DNA of 64,000 nt from Candidatus Latescibacterota bacterium. Its GTDB lineage: Bacteria; Latescibacterota; UBA2968; GCA-2709665. Every line of letters starts with the position of its first letter. The first letter of the stretch is position 1. The notes below the pieces were generated by a model. That model did no database searches. It was not told the DNA's origin and was given only the letters and a program-made list of their open reading frames with translations. Positions 19,086-28,268 of the stretch are shown piece by piece. Location of the stretch: positions 1,632,001 through 1,696,000 of the forward strand of contig OZ244744.1 of NCBI GenBank assembly GCA_965219455.1, in the 5' to 3' direction. A program made the translations under genes and the position numbers.

Positions 19086-20638
19086 CCTCAATGCGAAAAT
19101 AATGTTGATGAATTTCGGGGTATTGAAGACTAAGCGAGAATGCGAATAAGTCTATATTTTTCAATAGGAAAAGGCCTTCCATTTTGGTATATTGGGAAGC
19201 GACAAACGACCCATTTAACCCAAAACGAAAGGCCACGTACAGTGAGACGAAAGAAAGCGGATTTGCACGCGCGTGTCAACGACAATTTGAAGATGGAATT
19301 CACCGGTGAAGGCCTCACCTCGTATGCGGGTTTGGAACTGTTGATGCGATATTTGCGAAACGTGGATTGGAACAGGCAGTTGCGCCGTCACCTGGGCAGT
19401 GTGGGCTTTGGCGGCGATTTCGGTGTGGTGAGCCTGTGCCGTGTTCTGTTGGGTTTGCTGTGGGTAGGCGGCCGTCGGTTGCGGCATCTGGATTTCTTGA
19501 AAGGAGATCCCCTGCTGCAGCGGTTTTGCGGTCTGACGGATCTACCGACCCCCCGCAGCGTGAGTACGTTTCTGAGACGGTTTTCCGACAAGGGTCTCAA
19601 CGCCCTGAAAGCCCTCAACGCCGACGTGGTTGCCCATAAGATCAACCTGTTGCGCGCCCGAAAATTGACGATCGACGTGGACGGCACCGTCTTGTGCACC
19701 GGAAAACGCGTCGGCGGTGCCCGCCGCGGGTATAATCCGCATCATCGCAAAGTCCCCAGTTACTATCCGATCACCGCCTACCTGGCCGACAGTGGTCATT
19801 TTCTGGGCGTGCACAACCGGGCAGGCAACGTCAATGATGGCAGCGCCTCCATCCTGTTTCTAAAGGACGTGTTTTCCCAGATCAAAGAGACCTTGGGACA
19901 CGCCTACACTCTGCGATTCCGCATGGATGGCGCCTTTTTCAAAGAGGATGTGGTGAACACGCTCATCAAGAACAAGGCCTCGTATGCCATCAAGGTACCC
20001 TTCTGGAAAGGCCTGGACTTACAGCACAAAATCCGTCAATGCAGCAACTGGCAGCGCATCGAGAAGGGCGTCGACGGCTTCACGTCAACGCTGACGGTCA
20101 AAAAATGGAAACGCACCCTCAACATTGCCATCTTTCGAAAACGCGTGATGCATCAAACCCGAAAGAACTACCAGTTGGACCTGTTCGATCCCGATGATGG
20201 CACCTTCGAATACAGTGCGGTGGCTACCAATCTACCCTTCAAGTTGCGCGCGCTCTGGCGCTTCATGGCAGGCCGTGGTGCCCACGAAAAAGCCATTGGC
20301 GAACTCAAGACCGGACTTAGCTTCGATACCATCCCCACGCACCATTACCACGCCAATAGTGCCTGGCAACAGTTCGTCATTCTCGCGCACAACCTCCTGG
20401 TCAACTTCCAAATCGAAACCGGACTCACAAAACGCAATCGCACCTTGAAAAATACCAACCGATGGCCGCTCAAATCCATACGTACTCTCCGGTTCGAGCT
20501 CATCAACCGAGCCGGACACCTCGTGCGACCCGAAGGGCGTCTAACCCTGCGCCTCCAACGCAACAAGCACACCGAAAAACAATACCGTAAAATCTGCAAC
20601 GCGCTCCAGAAAGCCGCCTGATTTATTTCACATTGAGG
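19086..20638 (+). mobile_element. IS1380-family element, type B copy 1 (1553 bp)
   Basis: TIR CCTCAATG(C/T)GAAA; TTAG target duplication (19082-19085 / 20639-20642); same length and identical protein as 55640-57192. Confidence 0.92.
19140..20621 (+). CDS. IS1380-family transposase
   Basis: LTSYAGL, TIDVDGT, GYNP, RMDGAF, RGAHEKAIGELK; real start probably about 19242. Confidence 0.9.
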   Translation: MRISLYFSIGKGLPFWYIGKRQTTHLTQNERPRTVRRKKADLHARVNDNLKMEFTGEGLTSYAGLELLMRYLRNVDWNRQLRRHLGSVGFGGDFGVVSLCRVLLGLLWVGGRRLRHLDFLKGDPLLQRFCGLTDLPTPRSVSTFLRRFSDKGLNALKALNADVVAHKINLLRARKLTIDVDGTVLCTGKRVGGARRGYNPHHRKVPSYYPITAYLADSGHFLGVHNRAGNVNDGSASILFLKDVFSQIKETLGHAYTLRFRMDGAFFKEDVVNTLIKNKASYAIKVPFWKGLDLQHKIRQCSNWQRIEKGVDGFTSTLTVKKWKRTLNIAIFRKRVMHQTRKNYQLDLFDPDDGTFEYSAVATNLPFKLRALWRFMAGRGAHEKAIGELKTGLSFDTIPTHHYHANSAWQQFVILAHNLLVNFQIETGLTKRNRTLKNTNRWPLKSIRTLRFELINRAGHLVRPEGRLTLRLQRNKHTEKQYRKICNALQKAA

Positions 20639-21022
20639 TTAGCATACAGTAAAAAGCCAAACAACCGACGTCCGCGTCCATTGTGCATTCGTAGGGGCAA
20701 CCCTTGTGGTTGCCCACAGGGGGGGGAACAGCTGTCAGCAGTCAGCCTTCAGCAGTCATCAACGATCAAGAACCAAGACCAGATTCAAAACCCACATCTC
20801 CTCAGATTCCCTGCCTCCGGCGAGAACAGCGGTCAGCTATTAGCATACAGTAAAAAGCCAAACAACCGACGTCCGCGCCCATTGTGCATTCGTAGGGGCA
20901 ACCCTTGTGGTTGCCCACAGGGGGGAAACAGCTGTCAGCAGTCAGCCTCCAGCAGTCAGCAACGATCAAGAACCAAGACCGAATTCAAAACCCACATCTC
21001 CTCAGATTCCCTGCCTCCGGCG

Positions 21023-21398
21023 GGTTCCTTTTGAAGCGACCAAAAGGAACCAAAAGTCGCCGCTAGGCGCGGGGCCGTACATCTGCACAGCGCGAATTGC
21101 ATCAGTGGTCGCACATGACCTGCTGCCCTGCAATCCACGGTGAACATCGGTATCCAATGCCGGACGGAACCACGCGCTCTGCTCTGGCAGTGCTCTGGAA
21201 AGGCATCGCGTTAGTCAGCCGTGTGGCTACCTGAGTGCGAGCGGAAATCAGTGGTCTGCGTACAGCAGTTAGCTTACGGCATAAAGACCATCGCGGCAAA
21301 ACCAGCTCCGCGCCGAGCGGCCTGCCTGCGCCGAGCCGTGCTCGGCAGGCAGGCGCCGTTCTTTTTGGTCCTTTTTCTTGGCGTACAAGAAAAAGGAC
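21023..21398. repeat. ~380-bp non-coding element bounded by related inverted hairpins
   Basis: Left GGTTCCTTTTG-AAGCGAC-CAAAAGGAACC; right GTCCTTTTTCTTG-GCGTA-CAAGAAAAAGGAC; each has CCAAAA(A)G on its inner side. Confidence 0.5.
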
Positions 21399-21507
21399 GT
21401 AAAAAAAAGTAAAATAATAGTTTAGCTCTTTTTCCGGCTTTCCAATCCGAGTCCGAGGACACATGTAGTGTCTTCGGGTTTTTTTGTACCCTTATCGGCG
21501 CGTTGCC

Positions 21508-21545
21508 TGCAAGACCGGGATTGCAGGTGCAAGTTAAACATTGCA
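21508..21545. promoter_or_regulatory. Tandem palindromic enhancer (putative bEBP upstream activating sequences)
   Basis: TGCAA-N8-TTGCA twice (21508-21525, 21528-21545), 20 bp apart, about 65-100 bp upstream of a sigma54 promoter. Confidence 0.65.
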
Positions 21546-21609
21546 CAGCTTGGGCGTCTTTCGGGGCCAAAACTCGTCGAATCGGCCTGATTTCCACCCC
21601 AAACGGCCG

Positions 21610-21624
21610 TGGCACGGGGTTTGC
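21610..21624 (+). promoter_or_regulatory. Sigma54 (-24/-12) promoter
   Basis: TGGCACGGGGTTTGC, a perfect TGGCACG-N4-TTGC match; RBS AAGGAGG and ATG 21655 follow. Confidence 0.85.
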
Positions 21625-21654
21625 GAAAGGTGTAGGGCAAGAAAGGAGGACGAG

Positions 21655-22302
21655 ATGTCGACACACACATTGACGTTTGCAGCCACCCTTCAGCGCCACG
21701 TTGCCAACCTGATTACCGCCTCCCGGGTCGTCTGCCTGTTTCTGGCGGCGGCCTTTGCGGTCACTGGAAGTACCGTGCTGGTTTGGGTTGCGGTACCCCT
21801 GGCGTTCGCCGCGCTGTTGATGGACTGGCTGGATGGGTACGCCGCGCGCCGGTTGGGATGCGAGAGCAAGGTCGGCGGCTTGCTCGACATTGTGGGGGAT
21901 AGAATTGCGGAGAACGTGTGGTGGATGGTGTTCGCGTGGCTGCATCTGATCCCCCTCTGGGTTCCGCTGATGGTCCTCAGCAGGGGTTTCGTGACGGACG
22001 CGATTCGGAGTTGTGCGCTTTCGCAGGGCGAAACCGCATTCGGGGAGACGACGATGATGCGTTCGCGCATCGGATACGGCCTGGTTGCCTCGCGGGCGAG
22101 CAGGGCGACGTACGGCGTTGCGAAGGTGATCGCGTTCGTGGCGTTATTCGTCCTGAACGCGGCGCAGCACTCATCCAACCTGGCGGCCGGGGTCGGATCG
22201 GGGGTAGAGATGGTCGCCCTGGCGGCGACCTACCTGACCGTTGCCCTGTGCGCGATAAGAGGGATTCCCGTAATCACCGCAGCCAAAAGGGTTGTCATTT
22301 AA
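21655..22302 (+). CDS. CDP-alcohol phosphatidyltransferase family protein
   Basis: ANLITASR and DWLDGYAARRLG..SKVGGLLDIVGD (DxxDGxxAR..GxxxDxxxD). Confidence 0.9.
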   Translation: MSTHTLTFAATLQRHVANLITASRVVCLFLAAAFAVTGSTVLVWVAVPLAFAALLMDWLDGYAARRLGCESKVGGLLDIVGDRIAENVWWMVFAWLHLIPLWVPLMVLSRGFVTDAIRSCALSQGETAFGETTMMRSRIGYGLVASRASRATYGVAKVIAFVALFVLNAAQHSSNLAAGVGSGVEMVALAATYLTVALCAIRGIPVITAAKRVVI

Positions 22303-22324
22303 CAGCTAAGTATTCCAGGAGAAT

Positions 22325-23359
22325 GTGATGAAACAGGAAACGTATATACTGCTCTGGCTGCTGGGCCTCGCCTGCCTCGGCGTGCTGCTTCATCAGCTTG
22401 GCGAACCTGAGGTGTGGCACCACGTGGTGATGATGGGCTGGGGATATATCCCGGTGATCGGAATTACCCTGGTGGCCTATGCGAACAACGTCTGGGTCTG
22501 GCGCAGGTGCTTTGATGGAGGGGCCAAGAGGCCCGGGTTGAGACCGTTGCTCTGGGTGAAACTGGTTGGCGAGGCGCTGGGGAACGTGATGCCGGCTTCG
22601 CAGATCGGCAAAGAGGTGGCCAAAGTGATGATGCTGCGAGAGAGAATGGGCGTGACCGCCGGCGTGTCCTCGCTCGTCCTCAACAAAACGGGCGAGATGG
22701 TCAGCGGCGTCATTTTTGTCCTGGGCGGCGTTATAGCGGGTCTCAATCGGTACGCGTTTTCGGAGGAGATCCGATGGACGCTCTTCGCCATGCTGACGCT
22801 GGCCGTAGCAGGTGTCGTTCTGACCGTCGTCAGACAGTGCCGCAATCCGTTCACCGGGCTCGTGAATCTGTTGACTCGGATGCGGATCACGTTTGTGGAA
22901 AGGCACCTCGACCGGGCGGCCGAAATCGATCGGAACCTGGCCGCGTTTTACCGGCTGAACCCATGGAGGCTGGCGGGCCTGCTGGGACTGCATCTGCTGA
23001 CGTGGGGCCTCGGAACGCTGGAGATTTACGTGATTCTCCAGGTGCTGGGTGAACCGCTGCCGTTCGTTTCGGTCTACCTGTTCCATTCACTGATGATGGT
23101 GATCAACGTGGTATTCGGTTTCGTCCCCTACGGCATGGGGGTCTTCGAGGGCGGGCACGTGTTCCTCTTTCATATGATGGGACTGGAACCGGGTACCGGA
23201 TTGGCCGTGGGAATTATCCGTCGAATCCGAAAGATCTTCTGGATGCTGCTGGGCCTGCTGCTGCTCCTTCTCGGATCGCGCACGATCCGGTTCGGGGCGC
23301 CTAAGGAGAACGACGGTCTCGAGCGAATGGAAACCGCGGCGCCGTTGCACCATGGATAA
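22325..23359 (+). CDS. Lysylphosphatidylglycerol-synthase TM region / flippase-like (UPF0104) membrane protein
   Basis: Polytopic; GEALGNVMPASQIGKE, FVPYGMGVFEGG and A....RR motifs. Confidence 0.8.
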   Translation: MMKQETYILLWLLGLACLGVLLHQLGEPEVWHHVVMMGWGYIPVIGITLVAYANNVWVWRRCFDGGAKRPGLRPLLWVKLVGEALGNVMPASQIGKEVAKVMMLRERMGVTAGVSSLVLNKTGEMVSGVIFVLGGVIAGLNRYAFSEEIRWTLFAMLTLAVAGVVLTVVRQCRNPFTGLVNLLTRMRITFVERHLDRAAEIDRNLAAFYRLNPWRLAGLLGLHLLTWGLGTLEIYVILQVLGEPLPFVSVYLFHSLMMVINVVFGFVPYGMGVFEGGHVFLFHMMGLEPGTGLAVGIIRRIRKIFWMLLGLLLLLLGSRTIRFGAPKENDGLERMETAAPLHHG

Positions 23360-23421
23360 GCATCGGGAGAACGTCTCTAACGCTGCAGAAATTGCCATGT
23401 AAGAGCCTGTGGAGGGTAATC

Positions 23422-24570
23422 ATGAAATCTATCGCACTCATCTTGACCGCGACCCTGATGTCAAACGCGATTGCACCCGCCCTTGCGCACGCGGCCACAC
23501 AACTTCGAGGCACGCAGCAGGCGGATCCGGCTATTGAAGCGGCCATTCAGAGGCTCCATGCGAAGGCGGTTACGGTCATGCCCGGTAAGGAACTTGATCT
23601 GAAAAAGCTTTCGCCCGGATTGTATGCGTACGTGGCGTTCAATTCGAACGAGGTTGAAAACGCGGCGATGGGCCGAATCGTTAGCTACGATTCGAATCGA
23701 GTCGTCATCGCGGCGGGTGAAGGGAAAGGATGGGAGATCGCGCGTCGCGATATTGTGGTCCTCGCGTTTTCCGACAACCCGGGAGGCATCGAATTGTGGC
23801 GAATGTCAAGACGGGCGATGCTTCAGGTTCAGAAGTCGGCGATGACGGTGTTGTCCGACGAAGACCTCGACCTCGGGAAGCTGAGATTCGGATGGCACGT
23901 ACACGTTGATTATAGATCCTCAGGTGTCAGGCGCTCCACTACGGGTGTGATTATCCGTAGAGATGCGAATCATATCGTAATCAAACCCGGGAAGAAATCC
24001 GGAGTCCGTTGGACAATCCGGTCGGACGATATCGAGCGCATCATCGTCGCCCGCAATCGCAGAGACATGGATCGCTGGCAGAGAACGCAGAGGGCGATGC
24101 GTGAACTCCAGGGACCCAGGGTCCGGTTAAAGGCGCCCTCGATATCGCCGGAATGGGTGACCGGGAGGTTTATTGGTTCCGTCCAGGACACACTTGAGAT
24201 CCTGTCCGAACGCGGCGCCGAACGGATCCCCCGCACTTTAGTCAAAGATCTGGAAGTAAGCATGGGTCGTCATCGAAGCACGATCAAGGGTATAGGGATC
24301 GGGTTTCTTTCCGGACTTGGCGCGGCATTTCTGATATATCCTCATGATGTATCTGACAACGATAGAAGAGAGAAAGTTGGAGAATGGGAGGGCAACGATC
24401 GATTCTTCTACGCGGTACTGGCTGTGCCTCTCGCGACACTGTGTGGAACCCTGGTCGGTGTTAGATCCTTTACCGAAAAATGGGTCGAAGTCTCCCCTTC
24501 ACGGATCAATCTAAATATCGCGCCCACAGGAGACAGAGGTCTGCGAGCCGCGATGTCGTTTGAATTCTAA
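23422..24570 (+). CDS. Secreted protein with two ~80-aa repeats, a further beta domain and a hydrophobic Gly-rich hairpin (paralog A)
   Basis: RBS GGAGG; signal peptide MKSIALIL..ALAHA; internal repeats shared with genes at 24863, 28269 and 33707; C-terminal ...AAMSFEF. Confidence 0.75.
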   Translation: MKSIALILTATLMSNAIAPALAHAATQLRGTQQADPAIEAAIQRLHAKAVTVMPGKELDLKKLSPGLYAYVAFNSNEVENAAMGRIVSYDSNRVVIAAGEGKGWEIARRDIVVLAFSDNPGGIELWRMSRRAMLQVQKSAMTVLSDEDLDLGKLRFGWHVHVDYRSSGVRRSTTGVIIRRDANHIVIKPGKKSGVRWTIRSDDIERIIVARNRRDMDRWQRTQRAMRELQGPRVRLKAPSISPEWVTGRFIGSVQDTLEILSERGAERIPRTLVKDLEVSMGRHRSTIKGIGIGFLSGLGAAFLIYPHDVSDNDRREKVGEWEGNDRFFYAVLAVPLATLCGTLVGVRSFTEKWVEVSPSRINLNIAPTGDRGLRAAMSFEF

Positions 24571-24730
24571 AAGGCGGGAAGAGGTGAGACGGGAAACGGT
24601 AGAAAAACCGCAAACGACGGGGAGAAGTAAGAGGGGAGGAAAATGCGAGATGCGGGGAGACGGGAGACGCACGAAGGAAGAACGAAGAAGGAAGAAGGAA
24701 GAAAAATCAAAAACGGAAGACGGGAGAATG
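24571..24730. repeat. Purine-rich short tandem (mostly heptamer) repeats
   Basis: GGGAGAC / GAAGGAA-type units; similar tracts at 28065-28120 and 30629-30765. Confidence 0.55.
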
Positions 24731-25376
24731 AGTCAGAAGCGAAAGGCACGATAGGGATTTTGCCGATCTGGCGCCTTAGGGAAACCGCTTTTCCCTCCAT
24801 TCTCTCTCGCGTAACCTTCTTCAGCAAAAATAGCAAGTAGCGTATTTCAACGAGGTATATCCATGAAAGCGACCGCTCTATTTCTTGCAGTAAGCCTGCT
24901 GTTCGAGATCCTAACGCCGTACATTACCTTACTCGCGCAAGAACTGCCAGAAAAACAGACCGAACAGATCGTCCAAGCGAACGCGGAAAGCCGCAGCTGG
25001 CGGAAGCAGGTGTCCAGTAGAGGTCCCGCCCTGGCGGTTGCTGAACGGGCAATCAGGTTGTTCTATCAGATGGACGTCGCGCTGATGTCGCGGCCAAATA
25101 TGAAATTATCGCTGTTAGAGAAGCGATTGTACGCGTATGCAATCTACACTTCATCGGGTACGAAGAGCACCTTTACCGGCCAGATCAGCGGGAAATATCC
25201 GGAGGGCATCTGGATAAAATCCGCCGGCATAATCCGGAGAAAAACACATATAAGGTACGCCGAAATTGACACGCTCGTTGTCGCCAGGGATCCACAGGCG
25301 CTGGAGAGGTGGCAAAGGCGGATGGAGGGCCGTCTTGTGGTTATGTCGCGGAGTACGCTTGAACCTTCAAAGCTAG

Positions 25377-27260
25377 ACCTAAAATAAGCGAGTATCGTGT
25401 GCGCCACAGTGATTTGTGTTTGTGTTGAGGCGTTGGTGTCGATTTATATGGAATTGGCGTTTTGGATGGTTTTTAGGGCCGTGTTTGTCGTGGTCGCTAT
25501 GGTAAATTGAGTATCCGAAGTGGCGTTGAGACGCGTGGTGGACACACCGGTCCGTTGAGGGGTGTGGGGATGGCGCCGCGTTTGTGTGTCATCGGTGGTG
25601 CTGCATTGGTGTTATCCAAATCCGGTGCGTTCAATGATACGCCAGGTGCTGAAGAGGCGATCGAGGGTGGGTTGATAGCCGATGAGCCGTAACGTGGTGG
25701 TGCGCGCGCGTTGGATGACGTGGCAGGGAATCAAGATAATGCTGTGGATGAAGCGCCGGAATTCCATGCAGACGTACTGCTGTCGATCACGGTGTCTGTG
25801 CATCATCATGGCAAACCAGGATTTGAGGTTCCAGGCCAGGGCGGCGATGACCATATAGGCCCAGTTGCTGACCAGGTCATACAGGGGCACGCGCAAGGCG
25901 TTGACGCCGTTTTTGAGTTGCTCGATGACGTTCTCCTGATCGCAGCGTTGGTTGGCGCAGGCGACGATCTCTTGGGGGGTCACGTCCGTGCGTGTCGTGA
26001 TATAGAAGAAATAACGGCATTCGTCGAACAGGACAAGGTCGCCCTTCATTTTGCTGATGTTCTTGCGCAGGACCACGACGCGATACCCACGTTTACAGCG
26101 CGTGGGTTGGTAGTTGAACTCGGCCACGTGTTCGTGGTTCAGCACCAGGTTGGCGTAGGCCCGCTTGTGGACGATGCGCTGTTTCTCGTGGGGCTGATTG
26201 CGCTTCCGCTTCTGGTCGGTCACGGTGTGATAACGGGGTTTGCGTTGCAGGGGCTGCCATTGTGCCTCGTCGAGGGCCTCGGCACGGGAACGCATCGCCG
26301 CGTTGGCGTCCATCCCGAAGATGAAGTCGACGCTTTTGGCCCAGCGATCAAGATGTCGAGTCAAGAAAAAGTCGGTGTCGCCACGCACACAGATGCGCTT
26401 GGCGTGGGGCTGCACCAGGTCGATGGCCGCGTCGATCCACTGTGCCGCACCGGTGTGGCTGGGCACATTCCCCGGTCGGTTGACCAGGAAGAGCACTTCC
26501 TTCGTGTTGGAAAGTGAGATCACCAGCGGATGGTAGCCCCAGATGCCCTGGTAAGAGATGTCCATACCCCTCTTGCGCTTGCCATACGTGGGCACGTTTG
26601 TGCCGTCCACATCGATATAGGTGATGTCACCAAGCAATTTGCGGCCACGCGATGCCCACAAGGAGGATCGCACCGCGTTGATGCACGCCATCAGTTCGAC
26701 GATGTCCCGTTCCGAGAAGCGTCGGCAAAAGTCACCCGCCGTGGTCGGATCGGGAATCAACTTGGCGCCCAGGGCATTCATGTAGGCCCCGTCACTTCGC
26801 AAACGCTCGATATCCTCCAAGCGCGTGCCGCCGCATAACACGTTGTATGTGATGTTTAGTACGTGGTCCGACTCATGATAGGGCAGATGCACCTTCAACA
26901 AGGACAGTGACGCGTCGATGCGCTTGGGCAGACCCAGCTTGGTGACCAGGCGATGCACGGCGCCGATGCCTCCGTAACTCATCGCGTCGGTGTAGGCGCC
27001 TACCTCGTAGTGCACTTTGCCAGGACTGAACATGGGCCGGCGCTGGGCCTGCCAATGCCCCGCTCGACCGTGGCGGGCGGCCACTTTGCGTTTGCGACGA
27101 GCACGGTTCCTGCGGCTGTCATCAACCGATATTCTTTTCACCGGAAAGGTCTCCTGCGTTGGAGTGATGATTTCTAGCACAATCCATCTATCTCCAACAA
27201 CGGTAGGCCTTTCCGGTCTCTTGGACCAGAAAAATTTCACTGGTCACGCTTGTTTAAGGG
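25377..27260 (-). mobile_element. IS1380-family element, type A copy 2 (1884 bp)
   Basis: Same ends as 10195-12078; CTAG duplication at 25373-25376 / 27261-27264. Confidence 0.92.
25612..27240 (-). CDS. IS1380-family transposase
   Basis: 542 aa, near-identical to 10215-11843. Confidence 0.9.
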   Translation of the reverse strand: MKFFWSKRPERPTVVGDRWIVLEIITPTQETFPVKRISVDDSRRNRARRKRKVAARHGRAGHWQAQRRPMFSPGKVHYEVGAYTDAMSYGGIGAVHRLVTKLGLPKRIDASLSLLKVHLPYHESDHVLNITYNVLCGGTRLEDIERLRSDGAYMNALGAKLIPDPTTAGDFCRRFSERDIVELMACINAVRSSLWASRGRKLLGDITYIDVDGTNVPTYGKRKRGMDISYQGIWGYHPLVISLSNTKEVLFLVNRPGNVPSHTGAAQWIDAAIDLVQPHAKRICVRGDTDFFLTRHLDRWAKSVDFIFGMDANAAMRSRAEALDEAQWQPLQRKPRYHTVTDQKRKRNQPHEKQRIVHKRAYANLVLNHEHVAEFNYQPTRCKRGYRVVVLRKNISKMKGDLVLFDECRYFFYITTRTDVTPQEIVACANQRCDQENVIEQLKNGVNALRVPLYDLVSNWAYMVIAALAWNLKSWFAMMMHRHRDRQQYVCMEFRRFIHSIILIPCHVIQRARTTTLRLIGYQPTLDRLFSTWRIIERTGFG

Positions 27261-28268
27261 CTAGAGGACGGTTGGTACGCGTATGTTGTTCACAATTACG
27301 AGACCGACAAGAGAGCCGAACTTGCGGAAATCGTCGAAATTAACGAACGACACTTTGTTGTTAATTCCAGTTACGGTTCCTGGGGGAGTTCAGGCACATT
27401 GAAAAAAATCCGTTACTACGACATCCACTTCATAGTCGGCGCAGAAAATCGTGGCGACATTGAGAGCTGGAGAAACGCGAGGCAAGTCATCAAACGTCTG
27501 ACAGAGGATCCCGAAATACGTTTCAAGGCGCCTTCGATCATTGATAAATTGTCAGAAAGGAGATGGACGCCAGGCAGGCTTGTCGATGTAAACCAGGATA
27601 CGTTCAGGATTGCCGTTGGCCCGTCCAGGCGGGATGTCTATCCAGTACCCGCTTCTGCGGTCACTGAACTGGAGTTTTATAGTGGGCGTCGCAGAAACAC
27701 GGTCAAGGGGTTGCTGTTTGGTCTGGCCGCAGGGACGGCGACCGCGCTCGTAATTACCGCCAATGAAGAAAAAGAAAAATCGCAAGGGAACAAATGGAAC
27801 AGTCCCGATACCGGGTATGAAGTCCGTCAATTGGTTCCCGGGTTCCTTGTACCAGTTATTGTCTTTACTGCAATAGGCGCTCTGATTCAGACCGACCGAT
27901 GGGTCGACGCGCCAATTAACCGCCTCAAATTGAGCGTCGCGCCGGCCCCAAAAAGAGGTGTGGGAGCCGCGCTCTGGTTTAAGTTTTAGGCGTTTGCCAG
28001 GGCGAGCGGATGTCGCGATTACTATGTTGGAAGGTCAATATCCCAAATGGCGAGACGCTATAAACGGGGAGGTAAGACATGAGAGGTGAGAAAAACCGGA
28101 AAGGCGGGGAGAAGGGAGAATGAGTCAGAAGCCAAAGGCACGATAGGGATTTTACCGATCTGGCGCCTCAGGGAAACCGCCTTTTCCTCTTCCGTCTTCC
28201 TTCTTCCTTTTTACTTCTTACCATCTTCGATAGGGACAGTACGAAGCCTATTTCAACGAGGTGAATCC

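Larger units (their letters stand above)
18969..21021 (+). repeat. ~200-bp tandem repeat (about 2.5 units) interrupted by an IS
   Basis: Unit starts AACAGCT(A/G)TCAGCAGTCAGCC at 18969, 20727 and 20927; spacing is 201 and 200 bp once the IS and TSD (1557 bp) are removed; units contain a GTAG REP and heptamer repeats. Confidence 0.85.
24863..27989 (+). pseudogene. Paralog B of the repeat-domain secreted family, split by IS1380
   Basis: Removing 25377-27264 rejoins EPSKL|EDGWYAYVVHNY... in frame with the 27399-27989 ORF; signal peptide; C-terminal ...ALWFKF. Confidence 0.85.

Noticed and set aside
18969-21021. Possible CRISPR array
   Set aside because: The units are 200-bp near-identical tandem copies with no unique spacers, and no cas genes are present.
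10195-27260. Composite transposon formed by inverted IS1380 copies 1 and 2 (or type B copies 19086 and 57192)
   Set aside because: Each copy has its own target duplication, and several split genes that rejoin in frame, so they are independent insertions.
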